Shown piece by piece: positions 39,601-48,300 of a stretch of DNA of 64,000 nt; the first letter of the stretch is position 1, and the number at the start of each line of letters is the position of its first letter. The notes below the pieces were generated by a model. It made no database searches, was not told the origin of the DNA, and was given only the letters and a program-made list of their open reading frames with translations. The position numbers were made by a program, and so were the translations under genes. Where the stretch lies: assembly GCA_017547385.1 (NCBI GenBank), contig JAFYPU010000003.1:1369-65368 (forward strand), written 5' to 3'. The DNA comes from Bacteroidaceae bacterium. Its GTDB lineage: Bacteria > Bacteroidota > Bacteroidia > Bacteroidales > Bacteroidaceae.

Positions 39601-39933
39601 TTTTCTGATGGGCGAAAGCGTTGCCAAGAGTGCACGTTCGTCGGCCGTACGTTGGTCGGCATTGTTCACGCGTTGCTTGGTGAGTTGTTGCTTTCCGCTC
39701 ACGGCGTCATACTTCACATACTTGAAGAAACCATCCTTAGCCTTACGGATGAGGTAGCCATCAAGCGTTGTGGTGTAGTGAAAGTTCTCATCGCCATGCA
39801 ATCGCACCACGAGGGTGGTTCCGTCGGGTTGCTTCAGAACGACAGAGCCGGGTTTTGCTTTGATGGCGTGGCCGGCCACAGGGCATAGCAATGCGCACAT
39901 CAAGAGCAAGAGAGCTTGTTTTAATTTTACCAT
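36643..39933 (-). CDS. M6 family (immune inhibitor A-like) metalloprotease with accessory domains and probable T9SS CTD
   Basis: QPDGT...LHGDENFHY prodomain; GSVKDYYRDNSMGQF; HEFGHVLGLKDTYD zinc motif; ENRQQTGWD; later DNNCDG...DDWLIS adhesin-like module. Confidence 0.92.
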   Translation of the reverse strand: MVKLKQALLLLMCALLCPVAGHAIKAKPGSVVLKQPDGTTLVVRLHGDENFHYTTTLDGYLIRKAKDGFFKYVKYDAVSGKQQLTKQRVNNADQRTADERALLATLSPIRKSDLTKFHTVKPKRQPAQILSRSVVSPKLERGATAEESQYLVILVNFKDKAFTFKNDNFDRWLNQEGFADNGGTGSVKDYYRDNSMGQFVPNFKVVGPYTLMHNQDYYAANDEETGEDIDPRSMVMEACLMAKADNPDLNFAQFDNDGDGFMDNIYIIYAGYSEASTGNENDMWPHSWYLGNASFKLDGITLNNYACSAELVGASGKQMDGIGTFTHEFGHVLGLKDTYDTDEYIDGYGLDPGAYSLYASGSYNNDSRTPPYLMAFERMQMGWLNPTPLNGAEDVVLKNIAENEARYINAQPHRAPGTGHEWFVLENRQQTGWDKYIPAHGLLIYHYDYTDEMVEKYWSVNGPNNNARHRCMYIVPADNIDDTNSRWADTYPGRTGNTAFTDNTTPGALNWAGYPTNTPITNIREEGGLILFQACGGVERLSVVRTLLPTNLRDTSMELAAIVESTTQGVAEAGFCWALNTEPTIESEHATVAMADTLRYALNNLRPGSLYNVRSYMKMEDGSIVYGAALPVNTECAMAEAPYIGDFTSWTNGQPDCWKIIDNNCDGTTWVFDDNAGAMLYQFDYWNNADDWLISCRMKVPENGALYFVRGVVDETTVENLDVYVSTKSRDIQDFHLVKRFSFADNFGQQVAEEVDLKDYAGQEIYVAFVCSSEKLQTNLWLWQVFLTEKLPTPTITTFEKQGDNLHLEWTPVKNALKYYLEFSERTDEVFNNTVFIPESDFVVVDGDAKASTGIVDFWGNGYVETRSYPDGITNCMFILTSSGPLGTSVLTIEGTEDGVNWETVGPITKVSEYNSEGTEHYLTAYLNDKCYKRLRLTCQHGGRNIRVRYFTLSYNDGLVENLLAAGTVNGTSINIQPTSQAEFEQGKTYVARVYAGDGYLFYDASAPAVLATTATSLKNVMQNGTLGITTNEGNITLHGLKGTTHITCHSPTGTLLYRTITEGNACTFRTPGYNGVVIVNVRSEEKDETFKCVVK

Positions 39934-40249
39934 TGATTTATGAATTTATTTAGTTTGTTGTCTACAAAAATGGAGCTATGGAGCGTTAGTTAATTTGCTT
40001 CATAGTTTATAACCAAAGTTTTGAGCGTGCAAATTTACGGTTTTACGCCCTATTATACAAGTATTCGCGTGTACGTATAAGCAGTGTGGTGAGATAAAAA
40101 AGACGTGTTTTGATGAATGTGCTATTTATCTCTGTGAAATGGCGATGTCCGCATATAAAAGATATATCCGACACCAATATTTTCAAACTCCGTTTGGGTG
40201 GTTTCTTTCCGCCTTTTGGGTGCTCTTGGTAGGCACTATAATTAAATTA

Positions 40250-40349
40250 TCATCCGCATGATAAGTTTGTGTCATGCGGATGATAAGTTTGTGTCATGCG
40301 GATGATAAGAATATATCATGCAGATGAAATGTTTGTTACATCTGCATGA
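40250..40349. repeat. Family B 22-bp-phased array, 5 units (degenerate cores TCATSCGSATGA)
   Basis: Cores at 40250, 40272, 40294, 40316 and 40338. Confidence 0.9.
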
Positions 40350-40503
40350 TAAATATATGAAACGCCCTTTCGTTTCCTCTTGAAGGCCGTCTTGTTGGCT
40401 TTTGGATGCTTGCTTGTTAATGTCGAAATGCTTACATCTGCCGACAAACCCAATAAAAACATCATGCCATGAAGTTTTATGGGGCTTCGCATGGGTCTAA
40501 TTT

Positions 40504-41271
40504 TTACCCCATCTTTCCCGTCAAATAGGCCTTGGTGCGTTCGTCCTGTGGATTAGCAAACATCTCTTGAGTGTCTCCGTGTTCCACCAATTCGCCCAGG
40601 TACATAAACATGGATCGAGAGGAGATGCGCTGTGCTTGACCCATGTTGTGCGTTACGATGAGGATGGTTACTTCGCGTTGCAACTCGACGAGCAACTCCT
40701 CGATGTGTTTGGTGGCGATGGGGTCGAGCGCCGAGGTGGGTTCGTCCATCAGGAGTACATCGGGCTGCATGGCCAAGGCGCGAGCGATGCAGAGACGCTG
40801 CTGCTGACCGCCTGACAGAAAAGTGCCCTTCTTGTTCAACACATCCTTGACCTCGTCCCACAATGCTACACTTCGCAGACAACGCTCCACGGTGGCATCG
40901 CGTTCGGTCTTGGACAGGCGAATGCCATTGAGGGCAAATCCCGACAGAACGTTGTCGTAGATGCTCATCGTAGGGAAGGGCGCGGGACGCTGAAACACCA
41001 TGCCCACGCGGCGACGTACGTCGATAGGTTCCATCGAAAGGATGTTTTCGCCATTCAACAGGATTTCGCCATCCACTCGGATATTGGGATACAAATTGTG
41101 CATCAAGTTGACCGCACGCAGCAGGGTAGACTTGCCACACCCCGAGGGGCCCATAATAGCCGTGATAGTGTTTCGCTCGATCGCTGCCGAGACGTACTTC
41201 ACCGCCATGGTCTGCTTAGTGTACGACACACAGGTTTTATTAAACTCGAGTATAGGTGTTACTGATTCCAT
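40504..41271 (-). CDS. pstB: Phosphate ABC transporter ATP-binding protein
   Basis: GPSGCGKST, LSGGQQQRLCIARAL and DEPTSALDPIAT; start MESVTP overlaps the pstA end. Confidence 0.96.
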   Translation of the reverse strand: MESVTPILEFNKTCVSYTKQTMAVKYVSAAIERNTITAIMGPSGCGKSTLLRAVNLMHNLYPNIRVDGEILLNGENILSMEPIDVRRRVGMVFQRPAPFPTMSIYDNVLSGFALNGIRLSKTERDATVERCLRSVALWDEVKDVLNKKGTFLSGGQQQRLCIARALAMQPDVLLMDEPTSALDPIATKHIEELLVELQREVTILIVTHNMGQAQRISSRSMFMYLGELVEHGDTQEMFANPQDERTKAYLTGKMG

Positions 41272-42125
41272 TTGTTTGCTAAATACTTTGCTAATAGGTT
41301 TAATGAAAGGACGAATAATAGCAGGAAGAGCGAGGCTCCCCAAATCAGGTCTTGCAGGTTGGGGTCGTTGAAGAACTCCCAAATCAAGAGGGGAACGGCC
41401 GAGATAGGCTTGTCTACCGCAAAGCGAATGAGCGAGCATCCCAGTGCGGTGAACATCAAGGGCGCTGTCTCGCCGATGACACGAGAGATAGCCAAAAGCA
41501 CACCAGTGAAGATACCGCCAAAGGCCGCGGGCAACTGTACACGTAGCATCACTCGCGCCTTGTTGCCACCGAGCGCAAGACCGGCTTCCTTGAGCGAAGC
41601 GGGCAGGATTTTGAGTGTCTCCTCGGTCGAACGAATGATGAGCGGTAGCATCATGATGCACAGTGCCACGCTACCGGCAATGGCGGAGTAACCTTGCATC
41701 GGAACTACCACCCAAATGTAGGTGATGATACCAATGATGACCGACGGGGTGCCCTGGAGCAGGTCTGTCAGATAACTAACGCCCTGAGCAAAGCGCTGCT
41801 TTTGATGTTCCGCTAAATAGACGCCACAAAGGATTCCGGTCGGTACGGCCACCACAACAGCCATACCGAGCATGATCATTGTTCCGATGATACCATTTGC
41901 TATGCCGCCGGGGATAGGCAGACCTGCCTCAATGGCCTTCATCGCCTTGTAGGCAGTAGGGGTAGGTTCGGTGAAGAAAGACCAAGTCAGTTGGTCATAA
42001 CCGCGTAGGAAAACTTCCCCCAGGATAGCCAGTAGAGGCACAGCCGTGAGTGCCGCCAGCGCACAGATGCCCCAGAGCATCAGGCGATTCTTGGCTAAAC
42101 GACTTTTTGTTTTTACTTTCATCAT
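41259..42125 (-). CDS. pstA: Phosphate ABC transporter permease
   Basis: GGIANGIIGT, GTPSVIIG, EAGLALG and RVIGETAPL motifs. Confidence 0.95.
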   Translation of the reverse strand: MMKVKTKSRLAKNRLMLWGICALAALTAVPLLAILGEVFLRGYDQLTWSFFTEPTPTAYKAMKAIEAGLPIPGGIANGIIGTMIMLGMAVVVAVPTGILCGVYLAEHQKQRFAQGVSYLTDLLQGTPSVIIGIITYIWVVVPMQGYSAIAGSVALCIMMLPLIIRSTEETLKILPASLKEAGLALGGNKARVMLRVQLPAAFGGIFTGVLLAISRVIGETAPLMFTALGCSLIRFAVDKPISAVPLLIWEFFNDPNLQDLIWGASLFLLLFVLSLNLLAKYLANKWNQ

Positions 42126-42127
42126 AG

Positions 42128-42985
42128 TTAAGCAATTCTTGCACGTTTAATCATCATCTTACCCATCATATTTATCACTGCCGTAATCAGGAACAAGATC
42201 AAACCAATCGCAATCAATGATGAGAGGCGCAGGTCGTCGGCTTCGCCAAACTGATTAGCTATGATAGACGCCATACTATTGCCCGTCGAGGTGATAGAGT
42301 TGGGGATATTGTTCGTATTGCCGATGAGCATCGTCACCGTCATCGTCTCGCCCAAAGCACGCCCTATGGCTAGTACATAAGCAGAGAAGATACCCGAACC
42401 CGCTACGGGGAAGACTACGCGACGAATGACTTCAGCCCTTGTTGCCCCCAAGCTGTAGGCACCTTCTTTCAGGTCGCCCGGCACCATCTTAATAAACTCG
42501 GCGCTCAGCGAAGCGGCGTAGGGAATAATCATTATCGCCAAGACCAGCGAGGCAGTCAAAATGCCCGAACCCTGCTCCGAAATGTTGAGCGACATGATGA
42601 TGGGGCGAAGAGTATAGAATCCCCACAAACCATAGATGATGGAGGGAATACCTGCCAAGAGATCTGTCACGGTGCTCAGCACTGATGCAATCTTCGTTCC
42701 CTTGAAATATTCACCCACAAAGAGTGCTACGGGCAGGGAAAAAGGAATGCAAAAAATCAATGCCAAGATGGTGGTCATCAATGTACCCGTGATAAAAGGC
42801 AAGGCACCGTATTGCTCTGCGCCCTCGGTGTAGCTCCAATCAGACGAGGTGAGGAAACGGAAGAAGCCAAAATGCTCGAAAGCCTCGTATGCGTCAGTGA
42901 CGAGGGCGTAAACTACGCCCCCGCACACTATCGGCATAATCAATGCCGCCGCAAATAATAGTACTCGATATAACTTATCGTTCAT
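42128..42985 (-). CDS. pstC: Phosphate ABC transporter permease
   Basis: YGALPFITGT, LLAGIPSIIYGLWG and GRALGETMTV motifs. Confidence 0.95.
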   Translation of the reverse strand: MNDKLYRVLLFAAALIMPIVCGGVVYALVTDAYEAFEHFGFFRFLTSSDWSYTEGAEQYGALPFITGTLMTTILALIFCIPFSLPVALFVGEYFKGTKIASVLSTVTDLLAGIPSIIYGLWGFYTLRPIIMSLNISEQGSGILTASLVLAIMIIPYAASLSAEFIKMVPGDLKEGAYSLGATRAEVIRRVVFPVAGSGIFSAYVLAIGRALGETMTVTMLIGNTNNIPNSITSTGNSMASIIANQFGEADDLRLSSLIAIGLILFLITAVINMMGKMMIKRARIA

Positions 42986-43051
42986 AAATTGAAGTTGCGA
43001 TGTTCTGAAGTACTGAGGTAATGAGGCTCAGATATTCAGGGATATGGAAGT

Positions 43052-44110
43052 TTACTTCAAAATTGTTGCTCCGTCGTAAGTTACGGTTTTCAAGTTCTCA
43101 ATGCTCAATTCCTTGGCCTTGGCAGGGAGTGGTGCATAGTGCACTTCGGCCGTAATCTTTTGCGCTTCGTCCGACAGAATGTATTGCAAGAGGTCGAGCG
43201 TCGCTACTGCTTGCTCATGGCTACGGTCAGCATAGTGTTGCTCCTTGTAGATAATCATCCATGTGAAGGTAGAGATAGGGTAGGCTCCAGGAGCATCAGC
43301 ATTGGTGATAGAGCAGCGTGTGTCGGCAGGGATTTCGCCTGAAGCCGCCGCAGAAATACTTTCGGCAGTAGGCAATACGAATTCGCCCTTTGCATTCTGA
43401 ATGCTTGCGTATGAAATCTTTTGTGCAAAGGCATATTCCGAACCTACATAGCCGATCGTATTCTTGGTTTGCTTAATCACACCTGCTACACCGGGATTAC
43501 CCTTGGCTGCTTGACCTGTGGGGAAGTTGACAGATTTGCCGGCACCGAATTTGTTAGCCCAATTTTGGCTCACCTTAGTCAAATAGTCGGTGAAGACGAA
43601 GGTGGTGCCCGAACCATCCGAGCGGAATACAGGGATGATGGCTTCTGCAGGAAGTGCAACGCCCGGGTTGAGTTCCGCCAAGCGTGCATCGTTCCACATC
43701 TTGATTTCTCCTGCAAAAATGTCGGCAATCACTTCGCCTGAGAGTTTCAAATCTTTCACACCATCCAAATTGTAAGCCAGTACTACGGCCCCCATACAGG
43801 TAGGCACGTGCACCACGGCATCCATTTCGCTCATTTCCTTGTCCGAGAGGAAAGCATCGCTACCTGCGAAGTCTACAATTTTGTCGCGAAGGTTGCGTAC
43901 ACCACCGCCAGAACCGATTCCGCCGTAAGCTATGGCATCGCCATTCACCTGGCCGAATTGTTCGAACACAACGTTGTAGAAGGGTTGGGGGAATGTAGCA
44001 CCGGCACCCGAAAGTTCTTGTGCTTCACGACTAGTTTCTGTTGCGCCACCGCAAGCGGTCATCACAAGGCCCATTGCCATTGTGAGAAAGGGGAGAAAAA
44101 TCTTTTTCAT
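43052..44110 (-). CDS. pstS: Phosphate ABC transporter substrate-binding lipoprotein
   Basis: Lipobox MTAC; GAGATFP, GSGGG, RSDGSGTT and YPISTFTW motifs. Confidence 0.96.
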   Translation of the reverse strand: MKKIFLPFLTMAMGLVMTACGGATETSREAQELSGAGATFPQPFYNVVFEQFGQVNGDAIAYGGIGSGGGVRNLRDKIVDFAGSDAFLSDKEMSEMDAVVHVPTCMGAVVLAYNLDGVKDLKLSGEVIADIFAGEIKMWNDARLAELNPGVALPAEAIIPVFRSDGSGTTFVFTDYLTKVSQNWANKFGAGKSVNFPTGQAAKGNPGVAGVIKQTKNTIGYVGSEYAFAQKISYASIQNAKGEFVLPTAESISAAASGEIPADTRCSITNADAPGAYPISTFTWMIIYKEQHYADRSHEQAVATLDLLQYILSDEAQKITAEVHYAPLPAKAKELSIENLKTVTYDGATILK

Positions 44111-44154
44111 AATTCAAGTAATTATATATATGAATAGTTTTTGTTGTTTTGAGG

Positions 44155-45135
44155 TTAAAGTCCGAAATAGCAGTTGATATAAGCCGAGCAATTAGCTTTG
44201 GTGCCCTCAGCCTTGGGGATTTCTACGCGTACGTTGGGTGCTACCTTGACATATTTGCCCAATTTGACTTGTGCACCGAGGATAGCAGCCTGTTCATCCT
44301 TTGCCACGTTCCACTGGTTGCGTGAATAAATATCGTCGAAGCGTGCGTAGAGATCGGTGATTTTACCGAGCTTAACGGAACCAAATACCGAGTAGCCGTA
44401 TTGATCGGCATCTGCCTTGCCCGAAGCATTGAGCATGTGGTTGTATTCTGCACCCAGGGTGAAGCGTTCGTGCTTGTAACCCGCAAATGCTGCCACATTC
44501 ACAACATCCTTCTTCGCTGGATCGTCGTTCTCGTTGATTCCACCATACAAGCGCACTTGGAAACCTTTCACCGGTGTGAGCGTTACACCGAGGCCGTAGT
44601 TTAATCCGTCGCTCTTTTGCACTTTCTTATAACCTTCGCCATTCACCACGATAGCGTCGGCAGATACCCAGTCGGCAAATCGGTATGCCACAGACAAACC
44701 GAGGTCGGCGCTGCTACCAAATTTGTATTGATCCTGGAATGATTTCATCACATAGCGGTAGCCCCAGAACTTTTCCTGGAAGTTGAATTGTGTGGTAGAA
44801 ATCAAACCACCATTGAGGGTCAAGCCGCCTTTCTTCCACGATACCATTGCATTTTTGATGTAAGCGATGCGGTGGTAGTCGTCCACATTGTTGGATTTGC
44901 CAATGTCCATCACACCTTTGACCGAAAGACCCCCAGCCAAATTGTACTCGTAGCCCAAGTAACTGCGCTCCAATTCGAATCCGCGGTCATCACCCTGTGC
45001 ACCGAAACCAGAGTGGAAGTTGCCGAACACTTGTACGATGGCTTTGCCCTTAGGTTCTGCCGTCTTTGCATCTTGTGCCTGTGTGGCGATGCTGGTGCAA
45101 GCCAAGAGGCCTGCGAAAATTACTTTTTTGTCCAT
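44155..45135 (-). CDS. Outer-membrane beta-barrel, probable phosphate-selective porin
   Basis: Signal peptide; FELERSYLGY; amphipathic beta strands; first gene of the pst operon. Confidence 0.75.
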   Translation of the reverse strand: MDKKVIFAGLLACTSIATQAQDAKTAEPKGKAIVQVFGNFHSGFGAQGDDRGFELERSYLGYEYNLAGGLSVKGVMDIGKSNNVDDYHRIAYIKNAMVSWKKGGLTLNGGLISTTQFNFQEKFWGYRYVMKSFQDQYKFGSSADLGLSVAYRFADWVSADAIVVNGEGYKKVQKSDGLNYGLGVTLTPVKGFQVRLYGGINENDDPAKKDVVNVAAFAGYKHERFTLGAEYNHMLNASGKADADQYGYSVFGSVKLGKITDLYARFDDIYSRNQWNVAKDEQAAILGAQVKLGKYVKVAPNVRVEIPKAEGTKANCSAYINCYFGL

Positions 45136-45151
45136 ATTTTGTTTGACGGTG

Positions 45152-45206
45152 CAAAAGTACGGGCACGATGTTATGAGAGTGTTACAAACAAATTAAGCTT
45201 TGGTTA
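45152..45206 (-). promoter_or_regulatory. pst promoter (-7 TACTTTTG) with four 11-bp-phased repeats (Pho-box-like)
   Basis: Minus strand: TTAACCAAAGC TTAATTTGTTT GTAACACTCTC ATAACATCGTG cccg TACTTTTG. Confidence 0.65.
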
Positions 45207-45278
45207 AGGCCGAAATTACCTTTGTTTAATTTACTAAAAAGTATTCTTCTCAATCTGTTTGCAAACCGGAAGGCACAG

Positions 45279-45312
45279 AAAAAGCCCCTGCCGAGCGTTC
45301 GACAGGGGCTTT
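45279..45312 (-). terminator. Intrinsic terminator
   Basis: AAAAAGCCCCTGCCGA-gcgt-TCGACAGGGGCTTT. Confidence 0.85.
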
Positions 45313-45349
45313 TCAGAATGTTTATTTAAGTTCGTTCAGAACTTGGGGA

Positions 45350-48300
45350 TTATTTCACCAACACTTTCTTGCCGTTGATGATGTAGAGACCCTTCTTGAG
45401 GTTCTTGACTGAGTTGCTAACGAGGCGACCCTTGATGTCGTAAACCTTAACTGAAGTGGCGTTGCCGATGATGCCGGCGATGCCTTCGGGAACAACTACG
45501 GTGAAGGTAGCGGTGAACTCGGGGTTGTAGAGTGCGCCCCAAGCGATGCCGAAGTCTTCAGCTTCAGGATCGAAGTTGGCGTTGAATACGGTTGCTTCGG
45601 GAACTACGAGTGTGTAAGTGCCCACTTCGCTGATGGCCTTGTCGAGAGTGATGACAACGTCCATGCCGTATTCTTCAGAGTTAACCTTGGCGGTACCGTT
45701 GGCCACGATGTTGCCTTCAGCGTCCTTGAGAACGATGGCCTTCTTGGTGTCAACACCGCCTACGAAGTCGTATCCACTTGTGGGGTTCTCGAAGGTGAGT
45801 GTGAATTCCTTGAGTTCGGCCACTTCGCTACCATCTTCAGGAGTGATGGCTACGCAAGAGAAGATGTCGGCGCGTACGGGTGCGGTGTATTCGAGAGAGA
45901 TGTATTCTTCTCTTTCACCGTAAGTTACGTAGTTGCCGTTAATGTCCTTCACTTGGAGCATAATCATGGCTTGTGCCTGGTACTTGATGTAGTCGGCGGG
46001 GATGTTGAGGGTGAGCACGTTTTCAGCGATGGTGTAGTCTTCTTCAGAGAAGGTGTAACCACGCATACCGGTCATGTTGGTACGGAGCACACCGAATTCG
46101 AGAGCTTCGATGTTGGCGCTGAAGGTCATGGTGATCTGAGCGGGGAGTTCGTCATAATGACCGGGAGTGGGGCTCACCTCAACGGTGGTAACCACGGGAG
46201 CGGGGTTTTCGAAGGCTTCGATAGCTGCGAGGGCTTCGGTTGCATCGAGTTCACCTGCTTCGATGAATTCCACGGTGTTGCCGGCATCGCCGAGGTCGTT
46301 CCAGAAGGTGATGAGACCACCCACGTTGGTGTAGTTGTTGGAGATACCGATGTGGTTTTCGCCGAGAGCTACAACCCAAGCGTATTGACCGCCGTTCTTG
46401 CTATTGAGGATGTTGGCCACGGTGGTGGGAGTGTCAACCAAACCTACACCTTGACCGTTCACAACGGCAAACTTCTTGGCAGCTACGCTATAGAGGTAGT
46501 AGTTGCCCTTCTTAGACTTCAAGAAAGCGAATTGCTTGTTGGCATCGGCCAAGTCGGCGGCAACACCAGCGCAAGTTGAAGATACGAGGATGTCGGTACC
46601 AATAACAGCACCTTCAACGGTGTAAGCAGGATCGTATGCCCACATACCGCGAGTGTTCTGTACGTAGTAAGCCTTGTCGTTGCTCAATTCGTCGAGTGAA
46701 GTAACACCATATACCTTATCCTTCTCAACTTCCTTGATGAGGGCGAGAGCAGCTGTTGCGTCGAAGTCAACAACGGGGAGGATGTAGTTAGAGTTACCTG
46801 CGTCGGGAGTTCCCCACCAGTCGATAGAGGTTTGCTTAGAACCACCGGCGTTGAAGTGGTTGTCGCCGTCGATGTAGAGCACGAAGGTGCTATCCTTCTC
46901 ACCGGCCTTGAAGTAGATGGGGTCAGTGGGAGTTTCGCTCAACACACCCTTCTTACCAACGAACTTGCTCTGACCTACGCTATAAAGGTAGTAAGACTTA
47001 CCGTTGTTGCTGGTGAGGATGGCGAACTGCTGGTTGGCATCAGTTGCATCGTTGGTGAGACCGAGGTCGTTGGTGGTCTTCATGTTGGTGGCATCAACGC
47101 CCCAACCGGTGCGTGCGTTGGTGAGGGTGTAAGCCTTGGCGTTGCTCAATTCAGAGAGGGCAGCGATGGGCTTAACAACTTCGGGAGCAGCAGCCTGGAG
47201 AGCTGTACCGCTGATAGCAGCATAGAATTCACCATAGTCGTAGCTCAAGCAGAGGAGGTATTCACCGGCTTCTTCTACGTCGTAAGTGAGCTCGTAGCAA
47301 ATGGGGTCGGCTTCCCAGTTAGAGTATGCGTTAGCCAATACATTTTCAGTGTCGCCGCTCTTGTAGAGGTCCATGCTGAAGTAGTTCTGAGTGGTAGAAA
47401 TACTGAATGAACCTTCGCTGAGCTGGATGCTGTACCACTTAGCATTGAGGCGGTTGCGAACTTCGGGGAAGAGGTATTCGAGGCTTTCGCCGTTGTGTTC
47501 GATGACGATGGGCTTGCTGCTGCTTTCGCCGGGGAGCAAGTCGCGAACAGAGAGCTTCACGGTCTTGCCTTCCTGAGCGCTGGCCAAGGTAACCATAACG
47601 ATTACTTCGCTGCCTTCCTTAACGGGGTAAACGCCTTCGTAAGTACCTTCGTTGTTGGTGCTAACGTTGTTGCGTGAACCGTCGATGGTAACAACAACTT
47701 GAGTGTAAGAACCGTTGAGGTATTCATTCATAGCGTCAACATTCACCTGCAACATACCTTCACGAGTAGCTACATACTTGTGGTAAGAGTTACCGGAAGC
47801 TGCGGGGATGTTGCTCACACCTGTTTCGTCAACGATGAAGGGATTGTCGGCAGATTCACCCTGCTTGTAATCTTCTTGAGAGAGTTCGAATTCTGTGTCT
47901 TCAACTACGTTGCCGAACTTGATGATGTATTCCATATCGGCTTCCACTTCCACCTTGGTGATGGTGCCGATGTGGTGAGCAGTGTAAACACCGTCCCACT
48001 GACCGGGGCCACGGGGGAAGCTAACTTCGATGGTGGGGTCGCCGGCATCGATTACCAACCAACCGTCTTGAGTGGCGGTGTAGCTGTAGTAAACTTCGTT
48101 AGTAGCCTTCAGGGTGTTAGCACCTTCCTTAGCTTCGATAGGATCGCTGTAAACCTGACCCTTCTCGATCTTAGTGATGTTAACGTTGAAGGGGATTTCG
48201 TTTACACCTTCTTGGCAATACCATTCGAGGATGTACTTGGTGTCAGCTTCAGCCACGAGGTGAATCTGAACATCTTCCTGACCACCATCCCAAACGCTCA

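Noticed and set aside
40504-41661. 385-aa version of PstB from the ORF track
   Set aside because: The N-terminal extension overlaps pstA in another frame. The start at 41271 gives a normal-length PstB.
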